The notes below the pieces were generated by a model, which saw nothing but the letters and a program-made list of their open reading frames with translations, made no database searches and was not told the origin of the DNA. From a virus (Duplodnaviria; Caudoviricetes), in the IMG/VR virus record IMGVR_UViG_3300033407_000050, positions 1-40,079 of that record: a DNA stretch of 40,079 bases. One strand, 5' to 3'. Of this stretch, positions 17,173-26,795 are shown piece after piece. Numbering within the stretch: the stretch's first letter is position 1; each line of letters starts with the position of its first letter. A program made the position numbers and the translations under genes.

Positions 17173-18411
17173 TTACGAGGTGCGACGAACCGCCATCCAT
17201 GGGTTTTGCGTAACGACCGTAAACAGGATGTCGAAGCGGTTGATAGTCACGTCCGTGAGGATGTTATAACCCCGCAGGAAGCGGATAGCCACGTTGCCAT
17301 CTTCCTTATAGGAGCCGCTCGCGCCGCTGCCTTCTTCAGGCATGGCTAGACGCGCGAAGGCGACCGTGATCGCGTTCTCGGCAAACGACATGTTTTGCAG
17401 GTGCGAATCGCCCCCTGTTCCGGTAACGACGGTGATTTCCGCGTTGTCGGCTGGGGCCGCGTCGACCGTCTGATATGCGCCCGAGGTGATAATTGGGGGC
17501 GAGATGGTCAGCGTGGACGGGCCAGTCGAGGCGCCTGCATCGGCGTCTGCGGTGACCACGAAGGTCTGCAGTTCGCCGGTCGATTGCCGGGTGCGAGGAT
17601 TGACCGAGTAAACATCCGCGATAGTGATTACGTCGCCCGCTAAGAGGATGTCGTCGGTGTCATTGGTCCAGCCGTCGGTGATGAGTGACTGCGTCCACTT
17701 GTTGGCCACGTCGGCGTAATCAACGTCCTGGTCCGCGGCGTTCACAAGCGGTGTGCCAGTGGCGACCCCGACCGTATGAGAGACCAGTGACGCGCACTCA
17801 TAGATCGACATTCTCCCCATGCGATAGACAACGGCCTCCTCTATGGCGGTCTTAGCGATCTCCTTCGGGAATACAGCCTTTACAGCGTCGGCGAGGTCGG
17901 CGGCTTCGTCCGGGCCGAAAAAGGCGTTGATGGCCATCTTTTGAGGCACGCCGTGCTTGGTGAGATGAGCGCGGATCGCGCTCACATGCCGCACAGTCGA
18001 CGGGCCGGTGCCGGCCGTGCCCAAGAACCAAAAGATGTTCTTATACTGCGCGGCGATGGCGGATTCGACGACCTGAGACAACTCAGTGACAGCTGGGTCG
18101 ATGTATCGCTTGTCGAACTCCTCAACCTCAAGCGTGCGCTCTTGGCTGGAGAACTGAAAAGCCACGTTCTTGCGGTTGTCGAGCGTGACGGGGATTTCGC
18201 CTTCCTCTACGTCCTGGATTTGGGAGGTGATGTCAGCGCCGTCATTCGACACGAAGCGCACGCGCTTGCGAATCGAGATCGTGTCGCCGACCTTGTTGGT
18301 GAAGTCCGGGGAGAATTGCTTGTCGCATTTCTCATACAGGACTAGATCGTTGCGCAGCTTTGCGAGCATGCGGTTCGCGATTACGTCATCAGTGATGAGC
18401 GTGTTTGCCAT
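17173..18411 (-). CDS. Major capsid protein (P22 gp5-like, 412 aa)
   Basis: MANTLIT start; KVGDTISIR, GDVITIADV.SVNP, ISPPII and RFDIL motifs. Confidence 0.9.
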   Translation of the reverse strand: MANTLITDDVIANRMLAKLRNDLVLYEKCDKQFSPDFTNKVGDTISIRKRVRFVSNDGADITSQIQDVEEGEIPVTLDNRKNVAFQFSSQERTLEVEEFDKRYIDPAVTELSQVVESAIAAQYKNIFWFLGTAGTGPSTVRHVSAIRAHLTKHGVPQKMAINAFFGPDEAADLADAVKAVFPKEIAKTAIEEAVVYRMGRMSIYECASLVSHTVGVATGTPLVNAADQDVDYADVANKWTQSLITDGWTNDTDDILLAGDVITIADVYSVNPRTRQSTGELQTFVVTADADAGASTGPSTLTISPPIITSGAYQTVDAAPADNAEITVVTGTGGDSHLQNMSFAENAITVAFARLAMPEEGSGASGSYKEDGNVAIRFLRGYNILTDVTINRFDILFTVVTQNPWMAVRRTS

Positions 18412-18429
18412 TTTGTGAGCTTTCTACGT

Positions 18430-19275
18430 TTAGTCGGCCAGCATCCGCTCGCGGTACGTCTTGGCGTCGAGGTTGCCGTCGTATCTCCAGTCTCCTAGAC
18501 TGTTACGGCCTCCCCCTGCCACCGTCCCGACCGGCGCTGGCGCGTTGGTGATTGGTTTGGTTGCGCCCTTTTTCCTGGCCGCCCACGCGTCCGCCTTGGC
18601 TGATAGCTTGCCCAACTCCCGCAGCTTCACCCGGTCCGGAAGGGCCTTGATTCGCTCAAGCTCCGCTTCGTTGTCGGGGTGCAACAGGTAGTGGTCCAGC
18701 GCCGGATTGCCCTCCTCGATGACTGTCGCATCGATCAGGGGGTCTCCGAAGTTGGCGTTTTCGCGGTCCTGGATAAGCTTGTCGTATTCCGGCGCCTCGG
18801 CCGCGTACTTGGCGGCCCTCTGGTCGAAATCCGACGCCTTCGCGTTCCAGTCCCGGCTTTGCGCCTCCTTCTGCTCCTGCCGCTTCTCGAACGCCCGCAT
18901 CTCCTTGTAGAACTTGGCGGGGTCGTAGTCGCAGGCTTCGAGAGTCGGCTCTTGGTCGGGGTTGGATCGCGATTGGCCTTGAGTCTCCGCTTCGGCGCCC
19001 CTTTGGGGCGGTTCGGCAGGCTTGGCGGCCTTCTCCTCCAGTTCGCGAATCTTCGCTTTCAGCTTCTGGCGCTCAGCGATGTGCTGGGCCAGCGGAATAG
19101 ACCGGTCTTCGGGCTTGTCGGTGGTCTGTTCCGCGTTTGCGACTCTAGCGGCATCCGCCTGCTTGGCGTCGTTCGCCCCCGTGGACGACTCGGGGGCAGG
19201 GGTCGCAACCTCGGCGGCGGCTCCCTTGTTCACGTCCGTTTCTGAGGCCTGTTCGGCCTGTGTTTCTTCCGGCAT
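18430..19275 (-). CDS. Scaffolding protein (281 aa)
   Basis: Charged helical protein, ELGKL...ITNAPAP C-terminus; directly upstream of coat. Confidence 0.8.
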   Translation of the reverse strand: MPEETQAEQASETDVNKGAAAEVATPAPESSTGANDAKQADAARVANAEQTTDKPEDRSIPLAQHIAERQKLKAKIRELEEKAAKPAEPPQRGAEAETQGQSRSNPDQEPTLEACDYDPAKFYKEMRAFEKRQEQKEAQSRDWNAKASDFDQRAAKYAAEAPEYDKLIQDRENANFGDPLIDATVIEEGNPALDHYLLHPDNEAELERIKALPDRVKLRELGKLSAKADAWAARKKGATKPITNAPAPVGTVAGGGRNSLGDWRYDGNLDAKTYRERMLAD

Positions 19276-19345
19276 TTTACAACTGCTTGCTGTTGGTTCT
19301 TCCAGCTGCGGACGGATTGCCCGCGCATGTCGTAAATCCAGAGAG

Positions 19346-19384
19346 CTTAACCGTTAAGATTCAAGCTATTTTGACTAGTCAAAG
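19346..19384. promoter_or_regulatory. Two palindromic operator-like sites upstream of scaffold/coat
   Basis: CTTAACCGTTAAG (19346-19358) and TTTGACTAGTCAAA (19370-19383); each recurs before another late unit. Confidence 0.55.
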
Positions 19385-19460
19385 TCCGCGCATGGGGCGT
19401 TTCAAAGAGGTGTTTTGAGGTTGCCCAATAGGAAGGAGGGTGTTTTGATGGCGATTGGCC

Positions 19461-19703
19461 ATGGAAAACGATCAAATCAACGTGCGCTCAAAAGACAGGC
19501 CGCGATTCGTCGCCGTCCAAACAGACGACGGATGGACAAGCGGATTAGTGGACAATGACGGCTTAATCATGAGTAACATGAAAACAGTGAGCTGGGAAAG
19601 GTTCTGGGAAATCGGAGACGCAATAGCGTGGAGCCTTTACGGTGTGGGATGTTTGCTATTTGAGTTCATCGTTATCTACTGCACGTTTTTTAGGGGTTCA
19701 TAA
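19461..19703 (+). CDS. Moron-like small protein with C-terminal hydrophobic helix (80 aa)
   Basis: Opposite strand, visibly lower GC, inserted between portal and scaffold. Confidence 0.5.
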   Translation: MENDQINVRSKDRPRFVAVQTDDGWTSGLVDNDGLIMSNMKTVSWERFWEIGDAIAWSLYGVGCLLFEFIVIYCTFFRGS

Positions 19704-19741
19704 AGCACCCTTCCACCAATGATTAATCCCACCTCCATTCC

Positions 19742-19957
19742 ATGAGCCGCGAATCTATCATGAAGACTGGCGACAATGTGACGTTTGGGTTCGACCTCTA
19801 CGGACTCCCCGCCGGTACTGTTTTCACACTTGGCGAATCGTCATCTAGTGACGGTATTCGCATGATTGCGCTCACACCGCCCCCGCCATTTCCTGCGGCA
19901 TCGACTGGCCCTCCGGCAAGGCCGTCTGTCCGCCCTGCGGACCGTCGTTGCTCGTGA
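19742..19957 (+). CDS. Possible second moron ORF (71 aa)
   Basis: AC-rich leader and ATG; 3' end overlaps the portal gene antisense. Confidence 0.35.
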   Translation: MSRESIMKTGDNVTFGFDLYGLPAGTVFTLGESSSSDGIRMIALTPPPPFPAASTGPPARPSVRPADRRCS

Positions 19958-22034
19958 GCGCCTGCTGGATCTCGTGGAAGATGCCCTCTCTAGCCGCTTC
20001 AAGCGCCGACGAAAGCGGCATGAGATTGATCTTCTCTAGTGAGTCCACGAGCTTGGCGACGCGGTTGGCGACCGTCTCGTCGATCTTGGCCCCGCCCTCC
20101 ATCAGCTCGCTCTTCATGTTCTCGATCTGCATCTTCATCGCCATGGCCTGCATTGGATCCTCCTGCTGCTGAGGCTGGAGCGACTGCAGCGCCTGGCGGT
20201 TGGTCATAATCTTCTCGACAAGCTCCTTCGCCCGCTCCGGTCCAGGCGTTGAAACGCCCTGCATGAAGTTCATGATCTCGAAGCGGTCGCGCAGCTCGTC
20301 GGCCTTGGTGATATCCAACTCTCCGACAATCACGTCAGCGCCCACCTGTCCGAGCGCCGGGATTTGGCCCGCAAGCGCCGTCAGCGCGTTTAGATTCTCG
20401 ATGCGCTGCGTCGCGTAGGACGGGCCGATGTCGGTAACCACGTCATACTTCGGCAGGCGGAAATCCTTCAGGCGAATGACTTTGCCAGTCTCCTCGTCGG
20501 TGATTTCGCGGTTCACAAGCTGGATCTCCTCCGTCTTGCCGTCCTCGCGAAGAACGCGAAGCTGCGTCTCGGCGTCGAGGATACTCGGGAGTAGGTCGAT
20601 CAGCCACTCGGTCTCGTAGTTGATCGCGCTGGCGAGGTTGTCTTTGAGTACGAAGGTGCCGGTCTCGCCCTTGGCCTGCTGAGCCAGGATCGCGCGCCCG
20701 GACTCGTTGCCGTCGCTAGAGCCGACGCTCTGGTCCCAGATTCCGGAAGTCACCTTCAAAAACTCCGTGGACTGCTGAAGCTGCAGGTTAAGCCCGGACT
20801 GGAAGCTCGGCGGTCCAAGTCGCTTAGGCATGTCGCCGGGGCGGTTCGGATCAGGCTTGAAGGTCAGCACTGCCGGCGTCTCGACATTCGAGCGCATCCA
20901 CGCGGCCGGGTTGTCCGAAATCATCTCCTTAGTCGAGACGATCGGGTCGTTCGCGGCCTTCGCGCTGGCCTCCATAATGGCCCCGCACTCGTAGTTGAGC
21001 TTTCGCTGGGCATCCTGCATGTGCTCGGCGAGCCCGTAGTGGTGGATGCCCTCCTCGTCGCAGTAGCTAAAGCCGTAGACCATGAAGACCGGGATGTACG
21101 ACGATCCGGTCTCGTGCGGGCCTTCGAGGATCTCCGATCCGCTAAGGACGTAGTGGACCACCTTGTGGCTCTTGGATGTCTTCACGCGCGGCTTGCCGTC
21201 CGGCTGCATCACGAGCTCCAGGCCATCCGCCGCCATCTCGTCCATGATCTGCATCGTCTTCGGATCGATCTCGTATACGAAGCCATTGCCCTCCGCGTCC
21301 CGGAATTGCCCAATGGTCCGCTCGTGCGGCTCCTTGCGCCAAAAATCCGAGACTCGAAGCTCGCGGCTCGAGCTCCAGCCCTTATGAGGGCCGTTCTTTC
21401 CGACAAGACCCTTGTTGGCGGCCTTGGAGTCCGGCCAACGGCGCTCGACCTCCTCGCGGGTCATCATGGTATCAACAAAGCAGCCACTAGTGTCCCTGTG
21501 GAGCGCGTCGGTGCCGTCGTTGGTCCAGAACACGCAGGATCGGGCGTTGCGGATGATCTTGAGGCACGGCTCCACCGAAAAGCTGTCGTCGCTCTCGTAG
21601 CGCGTATTGCCGTAGTAGGCGCCAATTCCGCAATCCACCGCCTCCTCGAAAGCGTTGTTGCGGGCCGCCTTGGTCTCGTTGTTGGAGGTGATGGCCCGGA
21701 TATGGCCCTCGAACGCCTGGGCGATCTTTTCGCGTCCGCCGCCTCCTGTCGCCCGGATCTTGCTCGATACGCGGCTTTGTCGCTGGTCGCCCTTGACGAC
21801 CTCTAGTTTTTTAACCGTCGCGTTGATTTCCGGCATCGGTCGCTTGCCTCGGACTTTGCGTGCCCAGTCCGACCACTGCGCCCCGCGCTTATGGATGAAT
21901 CGCACGATCTCGTTCGCCTTCTCGCGGTCGGCGGAAACAGCCTCCTCTGCCGCGTCGTGGAGGCGCATGAATTCGGCGTGCAAATCCTCCATCTTGCGGG
22001 AATTTGGAATCTTAGGCTTTTTTTCGTCGTCCAT
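19872..22034 (-). CDS. Portal protein (P22 gp1-like, about 720 aa)
   Basis: GAQW, YIPVF.VYG, DAQR.LNY, ESGRAI and YDV..D.GPSYATQR motifs; ATG at 22034. Confidence 0.92.
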   Translation of the reverse strand: MDDEKKPKIPNSRKMEDLHAEFMRLHDAAEEAVSADREKANEIVRFIHKRGAQWSDWARKVRGKRPMPEINATVKKLEVVKGDQRQSRVSSKIRATGGGGREKIAQAFEGHIRAITSNNETKAARNNAFEEAVDCGIGAYYGNTRYESDDSFSVEPCLKIIRNARSCVFWTNDGTDALHRDTSGCFVDTMMTREEVERRWPDSKAANKGLVGKNGPHKGWSSSRELRVSDFWRKEPHERTIGQFRDAEGNGFVYEIDPKTMQIMDEMAADGLELVMQPDGKPRVKTSKSHKVVHYVLSGSEILEGPHETGSSYIPVFMVYGFSYCDEEGIHHYGLAEHMQDAQRKLNYECGAIMEASAKAANDPIVSTKEMISDNPAAWMRSNVETPAVLTFKPDPNRPGDMPKRLGPPSFQSGLNLQLQQSTEFLKVTSGIWDQSVGSSDGNESGRAILAQQAKGETGTFVLKDNLASAINYETEWLIDLLPSILDAETQLRVLREDGKTEEIQLVNREITDEETGKVIRLKDFRLPKYDVVTDIGPSYATQRIENLNALTALAGQIPALGQVGADVIVGELDITKADELRDRFEIMNFMQGVSTPGPERAKELVEKIMTNRQALQSLQPQQQEDPMQAMAMKMQIENMKSELMEGGAKIDETVANRVAKLVDSLEKINLMPLSSALEAAREGIFHEIQQALTSNDGPQGGQTALPEGQSMPQEMAGAV

Positions 22035-22064
22035 GGCTTCAGCTATTTCGTATCCATCCCCCAA

Positions 22065-22358
22065 CTACCCTTGTAAAACAAACCCGGCGATCTGAACCAG
22101 CGCAGTCAGGCCCCCTAGTCCAAACGTCAGAATCATCACCGTCCGCCGGTGGGCGAGTTCGCTACTGGACTTCACATCGGCGTTCATGGCCTGAATGCGG
22201 TCGTTTGTCGCCTTCTGGCTGTCTTGGATCGATTGCGCTATGTTCTCCATCTTCGATTCCATCACGGCGATTCGCTCCCCGGCGGTCTGTGTGACTCCGT
22301 AAAGCCGCTCAATACGTCGCTCGCATTCGCTGATTCGTCTTTCCTGCTCATCGCTCAT
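22065..22358 (-). CDS. Coiled coil plus C-terminal TM protein (XhlA/holin-like, 97 aa)
   Basis: Heptad region then hydrophobic VMILTFGLGGLTALVQIAGFVL. Confidence 0.6.
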   Translation of the reverse strand: MSDEQERRISECERRIERLYGVTQTAGERIAVMESKMENIAQSIQDSQKATNDRIQAMNADVKSSSELAHRRTVMILTFGLGGLTALVQIAGFVLQG

Positions 22359-22365
22359 GCCGCTA

Positions 22366-22542
22366 TTATTGTTTCTGTTCCCCCTTCGGGTTCACGATAG
22401 CGAATGCGAAGGCGGCGAACGCGCTTGCAATGACGGCCACCCACTCCATACCCTCGGGCGTCGCCTTGCCGTAGGCCACCGCCTGAGCGGCAAGCGTGGT
22501 GCATGCCGAGCCGAGGCCCATGAGTAGTTGGCGGGGTTGCAT
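22366..22542 (-). CDS. Two-TM holin-like protein (58 aa, MQPRQLLMGLGSACTTLAAQAVAY...)
   Basis: Hand-translated; two hydrophobic helices and a charged C-terminus; coupled to the upstream stop. Confidence 0.6.
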   Translation of the reverse strand: MQPRQLLMGLGSACTTLAAQAVAYGKATPEGMEWVAVIASAFAAFAFAIVNPKGEQKQ

Positions 22543-22706
22543 CAGTCGGCGAGCTCCTCGCGTAGAGCGTCGATGCGAGCCTTCTGTTCGGACTGCTCCT
22601 CGACAGTTATAAGTCCTTCAGCTTTCGCTCTGGCGACCATCTTGGAAAGATGCTCGACGGTGGTAAGTGCCGCATCAACGGCGGCGATCAGTTGCAATGG
22701 GTCCAT
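22542..22706 (-). CDS. Small amphipathic protein (54 aa, MDPLQLIAAVDAALTTVEHL...)
   Basis: Hand-translated; TGATG overlaps at both ends. Confidence 0.65.
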   Translation of the reverse strand: MDPLQLIAAVDAALTTVEHLSKMVARAKAEGLITVEEQSEQKARIDALREELAD

Positions 22707-23143
22707 CAGTTTGCGTTCTCCAGTGTTTGGGTTGCGTGCGTGCGGTAGAGCGCGAGCGCCCTAGTGAGTATCGCGAGCTTGCCATCAAGCGTGCTGAGCT
22801 GCTCTGGGCCGCGTATCAGCTCGTAGGCGTCGCGAGCGGCGATGGCGTCCCTGAGCCACTGCTTGCGGTTGTCGCGGACGCTGGCCACGAATTCCGCCGC
22901 GCTCTCATCGCTGGCGATGTAGCCCGCGTTTCGCGCAGCCCATTCGAGGATCATGCCGAAGGCGTCCTTGGCCTCGAGGATCGCCCGATCGGCCTCATAA
23001 AGCGGACGGTCGCCAGCGTAGACGCCAGCCGGGTCGAGATCACGGGTGGTCGAGCACCCTTGCGGAAGGATCAGCAAGAATGTAGACGCGACAAGGGCCA
23101 CGAGGGCCGCAGGGAGGATTACGAAAAGTCGTTCAGGTTTCAT
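22706..23143 (-). CDS. Putative lipoprotein (145 aa)
   Basis: Hydrophobic signal peptide ending in lipobox-like PQGC; helical mature part. Confidence 0.65.
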   Translation of the reverse strand: MKPERLFVILPAALVALVASTFLLILPQGCSTTRDLDPAGVYAGDRPLYEADRAILEAKDAFGMILEWAARNAGYIASDESAAEFVASVRDNRKQWLRDAIAARDAYELIRGPEQLSTLDGKLAILTRALALYRTHATQTLENAN

Positions 23144-23150
23144 AGATTGG

Positions 23151-23555
23151 TTACTGATTGGTTGTGGTCTTAGTGGAAATCGATCCGTCGGATGAGATGG
23201 TAACCTCGACGGTGATCACGAGATCACTTGGATCGGCGTCTGGCGGACGGTAGTCCTTACTAGCTTCGTTCGTGTAGTCAGTGCTGCCGAATTCATTATA
23301 CGCTCGAACGCGGTAGGTGTAGACGGCTCCCGGCAAGACTTGATCGGTCCAAGAGACTTTGCCAGTGGTTGCCGGGTCTTCACTCGGGATCTCGGCGACA
23401 ACTACGAAGTCAATCGAGCTAGTCTTTCGCTCCAGCGTGAAGCCGGTCTCGTTAGTGGAGTTGTCGCTCCACGTGAGGGTGATTGGGATCGAGTCGGCTG
23501 CGGACGCCATAGGCGCTAGGGCCGCGAGAAGGATGATGGTGAGTAGTTGTTTCAT
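23151..23555 (-). CDS. Secreted fibronectin type III domain protein (134 aa)
   Basis: Sec signal (ASA cleavage site), LTWSDNSTNETGF.LER and YTYRVRAYN FN3 motifs. Confidence 0.8.
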   Translation of the reverse strand: MKQLLTIILLAALAPMASAADSIPITLTWSDNSTNETGFTLERKTSSIDFVVVAEIPSEDPATTGKVSWTDQVLPGAVYTYRVRAYNEFGSTDYTNEASKDYRPPDADPSDLVITVEVTISSDGSISTKTTTNQ

Positions 23556-23568
23556 GGTTACGGAGCGG

Positions 23569-25137
23569 CTAATACGGCCACGGGTCGGCGAGTTCGGTAT
23601 TGGTGATTGTAGCTTCCCCATCGAAGACCGTGTTGGTTAGATCGCCTTGCGCGAATGTATCCAAAAATGTGATATCCCCGTAGTCGAGCTGCACGGTCTC
23701 GGGCGATGTGATAGAGGAGCCGTTGAGCAGACAGTCCTTGTCCTCGAAAAGCGGATCGCCGATTGAGCAGGAGAAAACATAGGCGTGGCTATCATGAACG
23801 TCGTGGACAGTGCGGGATCCGCCTCGATACGTGCCGCCCACTCGCAGAACCTTGCTGTCCTCGTGGCAGGTCGATGCGTTATCGGCGAGAGCGCTACCTG
23901 GCCAACAAGAGGTGACCCCCACCTCGACGCCAATTGCGGTGTCTTGGTAGTCTATATTGTCCTCTGGGGAGCCAGCGACTCGGGTATCGAAAGATATAAG
24001 CGTGCCGGAATCCTGGCACCAGACGGTTTGCCCGGCTGATCCGTAAACCTCGCAGCCATCGAGTACAACAGTACCCGTGCCCGTGCAAAGAAGAGCGGCG
24101 GACGCGTGGTAGTTGGCGATTATAATACCAGGGCCGATGTAAGCACCAACGCCGGTCGGGAATGTAAGATTCGTGGTCGAGTCCTGCTTCCACATGTAAA
24201 CCGCATCGGCAGCCACGAGATCCGGCAACGATTCCGCCGTGCCGAGCGCCACATTCGCAGATGAGCCCGCCGCCTGTATCGCCATGATGCCGAGATTTTG
24301 GTATGCGGTCCCGTCTGCGGAAACCGGCGACCATGCGGTTGCCTTGACTCCAGCGACGTTAGTCCCGTCGCGTCGCACAAGCCCTGCCCATAGCACGCCG
24401 CCGATATTGTCCACATTCCAACGCACCGCATCGGCAGCTGGATCGATCTGCGCCGTCGAAAGATCGTCAAAGGCGCCTATGAATACCCCGCCAGAGGGCG
24501 CGAGAAACGCTAGCGATTTAGTCACGCTTCCGGGAGCCGCGTAGATGCCGGGCGACATACTCACGCGGTCGAGAGCCGTCGCTTCAGCAATGGCCTTGGA
24601 GATCGTCCGCCATGGGGTTCCACTGGTGCCGTCGCCGGTCGTGTCGTCTCCGGACTCGGAAAGGTAATGCGTCGCGCCGGTGTGGTCCGCTAGCCAGTCG
24701 GCTCCGGTCTCTGCGATGGAGTACTCAGTGTCGTTGCGGCGAAGAGTGACCGGGAAGGTGTCTGGAAGTGTCAGGGTTTCGAACTCGGCGCCGCCCGTAA
24801 CCTCCTCATCGGTGAATGTGTCTCCCGTCGCCGTGACGGTTTCCCATGCGTATACCACCCGGCTGAGCGAAAACACATGATTCGCCGTCCCCGCTCCGCT
24901 TGATGCCGTGGCCGTCACCGCGCCGCCTGAAGCGGTCAGTGTGATGTCCTCGTAGTCGGCCACCGCGCCCGTGTAGGCTGCGGTCAGCTCGTCGCCTGCG
25001 GCGTTGATGGTGAGGGAGGAGAGGGTGGGGGAATCGGAGGAGCTGCTCGCGAACTGATACGCCGCCGGAAATCCAGCGATCAAGTTACCCACTGGCGACC
25101 AGAGCGCGTTGCCGATGCGGTTGCCAAGATTGCCCAT
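23569..25137 (-). CDS. Acidic beta-helix (pectin-lyase-like) protein (522 aa)
   Basis: HYLSESGDDTTGDGTSGTPWRTISKAI motif that typically opens beta-helix domains. Confidence 0.65.
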   Translation of the reverse strand: MGNLGNRIGNALWSPVGNLIAGFPAAYQFASSSSDSPTLSSLTINAAGDELTAAYTGAVADYEDITLTASGGAVTATASSGAGTANHVFSLSRVVYAWETVTATGDTFTDEEVTGGAEFETLTLPDTFPVTLRRNDTEYSIAETGADWLADHTGATHYLSESGDDTTGDGTSGTPWRTISKAIAEATALDRVSMSPGIYAAPGSVTKSLAFLAPSGGVFIGAFDDLSTAQIDPAADAVRWNVDNIGGVLWAGLVRRDGTNVAGVKATAWSPVSADGTAYQNLGIMAIQAAGSSANVALGTAESLPDLVAADAVYMWKQDSTTNLTFPTGVGAYIGPGIIIANYHASAALLCTGTGTVVLDGCEVYGSAGQTVWCQDSGTLISFDTRVAGSPEDNIDYQDTAIGVEVGVTSCWPGSALADNASTCHEDSKVLRVGGTYRGGSRTVHDVHDSHAYVFSCSIGDPLFEDKDCLLNGSSITSPETVQLDYGDITFLDTFAQGDLTNTVFDGEATITNTELADPWPY

Positions 25138-25140
25138 CGC

Positions 25141-25383
25141 TTACGAGCTCGGAGTGACTGTAAACTCAATAAAGTTGCCGTCCGAGAAGCCCGAGCATTT
25201 GAATCTGCCCCTGAAATTCTGGAAGAGGTTCAGCCCGCCCGCTAGATCCTCGGCTGTGCCGAAGTTCGCCGAGCCATCCAACGCGAACTGAATCGACCCG
25301 GGCGTCGTGTGGTCAGTGTTGATGACCACGGCCGCGCCCTGCTCGACCTTGTACTCCGTTCCTGAAACTATCGTCGTCGCCAT
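25141..25383 (-). CDS. Small beta-rich protein (80 aa)
   Basis: ORF with GAGGG RBS; first gene after an intergenic regulatory region. Confidence 0.6.
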   Translation of the reverse strand: MATTIVSGTEYKVEQGAAVVINTDHTTPGSIQFALDGSANFGTAEDLAGGLNLFQNFRGRFKCSGFSDGNFIEFTVTPSS

Positions 25384-25400
25384 AGTGTTGCCCTCTTGTG

Positions 25401-25438
25401 GTTTGACACGCCAAACGCGTCTCTTTGATGAGTCAAAA
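25401..25438. promoter_or_regulatory. Operator-like palindromes downstream of terL
   Basis: CTTTGATGAGTCAAAA (reverse complement matches 19369-19384 at 14/16) and GTTTGACACGCCAAAC. Confidence 0.45.
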
Positions 25439-25484
25439 CAGGAGGGCAGGGCAGAGTCAACGCCTTTTGCTTAACTGTTGAGCC

Positions 25485-26795
25485 TTAGCCCCACTCAGAG
25501 ATGGCGAGGGATGAGTAGTCGGCGGCTGGCGTGCTTGTTGGCTCGCGGTAGTCGATGCACAGCAACCCAAACGCGTCGGCCCCATGCGAGCTCCAGTCGT
25601 GATCCGGCCCGAGCCCAATGCTTCGCTCTTTGTCGATCTTCTCGTGGTACCAGCCGAGCGCCTTCCGTCCGGGCTCAGTGCGGCGCTCATCGAACCAGAT
25701 TCGCGGAAATCGCTGCCTCGCCGCCTCGATTCGCAGCTTTGCCGCGCCGGCTCCCTGGTTTGGCACAACGCGCACCTCGAATCCTGCAGCCCTCAGGGCG
25801 CTCTCATAGCTCACATCATGCACCTTGTCGCCAGCAACTCCATCGTGAGGGAGGATGCAGTTGGCTTTGTCGTAGCCCTTGGCCCTCAGCCAAGCGATAT
25901 GCGTCGCCAGCGGCTGGCCTTGAGCCTCGTAGTAGTCAAGGATACGGATCTCGCCGCCGATGAACTGGCTTATCCAAATCGAGCACGCATCCGCCTTGGC
26001 TCCCGTGCCGCCTATGTCCCAATGGGCGTAGATCGACATAAGTGGATCGATCGAGAGGCTGGCGATTCGCCCATCAGCCTTGCACTCCAGGAGCTGCTTG
26101 GAAAAGTAAGCGCCCTCGACCACCGACACGTAATCGCCTTCCCAGATGTGAGGGTAGTGTTCCGGGCGCTTCTCCAGATCCTCCAGCCGCGTGCGGTTGA
26201 GTGTTTCAGGGAACCATGGATTATCCCTCCAGTTGAGTTCGACCACCATCGCCCCATTAGGGGGAGTCAGCCGAAAACGCTTATTCGTAGCGCTCTCCTT
26301 GCGTTCCGGGTTCCAGGTCACCCAAATTTCGCTGCCCTCCTCTCGCACAGTCGGTACCACCTTCTGCCAAGCGGCCTCGCTCACCGACTCGCCCTCATCC
26401 ACCCAGAGCAGGCGGATGCGGCTCTTGCTCTTGATGGAGTCTAGGTTGTGCCTGAGCCCGCAAAACGCGAATTCGATGCGCCGGTCTCGAGTGCGAATGA
26501 ATCGCTCTCCAATCTCGTAGCGCTCGGCAAGCCAAGGCTCCTCCGTGATCGCCTGCTTTACCTCGGCCATAGAGGAGTCGCTGAGCGAGTTCATGAATTC
26601 GCGCCCGCATACGATCACGCCTGGCTTATTCGCCTGGGCGAACCTAAGTCCAAAGACTGCCGACATTTTGGCGAACGAGCGCGACTTGGCGGAACCTCGC
26701 CCGCCATAGGCGCAGCGATACATGACACCCTCGATCGTAAAGACAGGGATCAGCTTTGGCGGAAGCTGGATCTCGACTTCTACGGACTCACTCAT
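25485..26795 (-). CDS. terL: Terminase large subunit (PBSX-type)
   Basis: YGGRGSAKS Walker A, LWVDEGE Walker B, TWNP, WDIG and HDWSSHGADAF nuclease motifs. Confidence 0.95.
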   Translation of the reverse strand: MSESVEVEIQLPPKLIPVFTIEGVMYRCAYGGRGSAKSRSFAKMSAVFGLRFAQANKPGVIVCGREFMNSLSDSSMAEVKQAITEEPWLAERYEIGERFIRTRDRRIEFAFCGLRHNLDSIKSKSRIRLLWVDEGESVSEAAWQKVVPTVREEGSEIWVTWNPERKESATNKRFRLTPPNGAMVVELNWRDNPWFPETLNRTRLEDLEKRPEHYPHIWEGDYVSVVEGAYFSKQLLECKADGRIASLSIDPLMSIYAHWDIGGTGAKADACSIWISQFIGGEIRILDYYEAQGQPLATHIAWLRAKGYDKANCILPHDGVAGDKVHDVSYESALRAAGFEVRVVPNQGAGAAKLRIEAARQRFPRIWFDERRTEPGRKALGWYHEKIDKERSIGLGPDHDWSSHGADAFGLLCIDYREPTSTPAADYSSLAISEWG

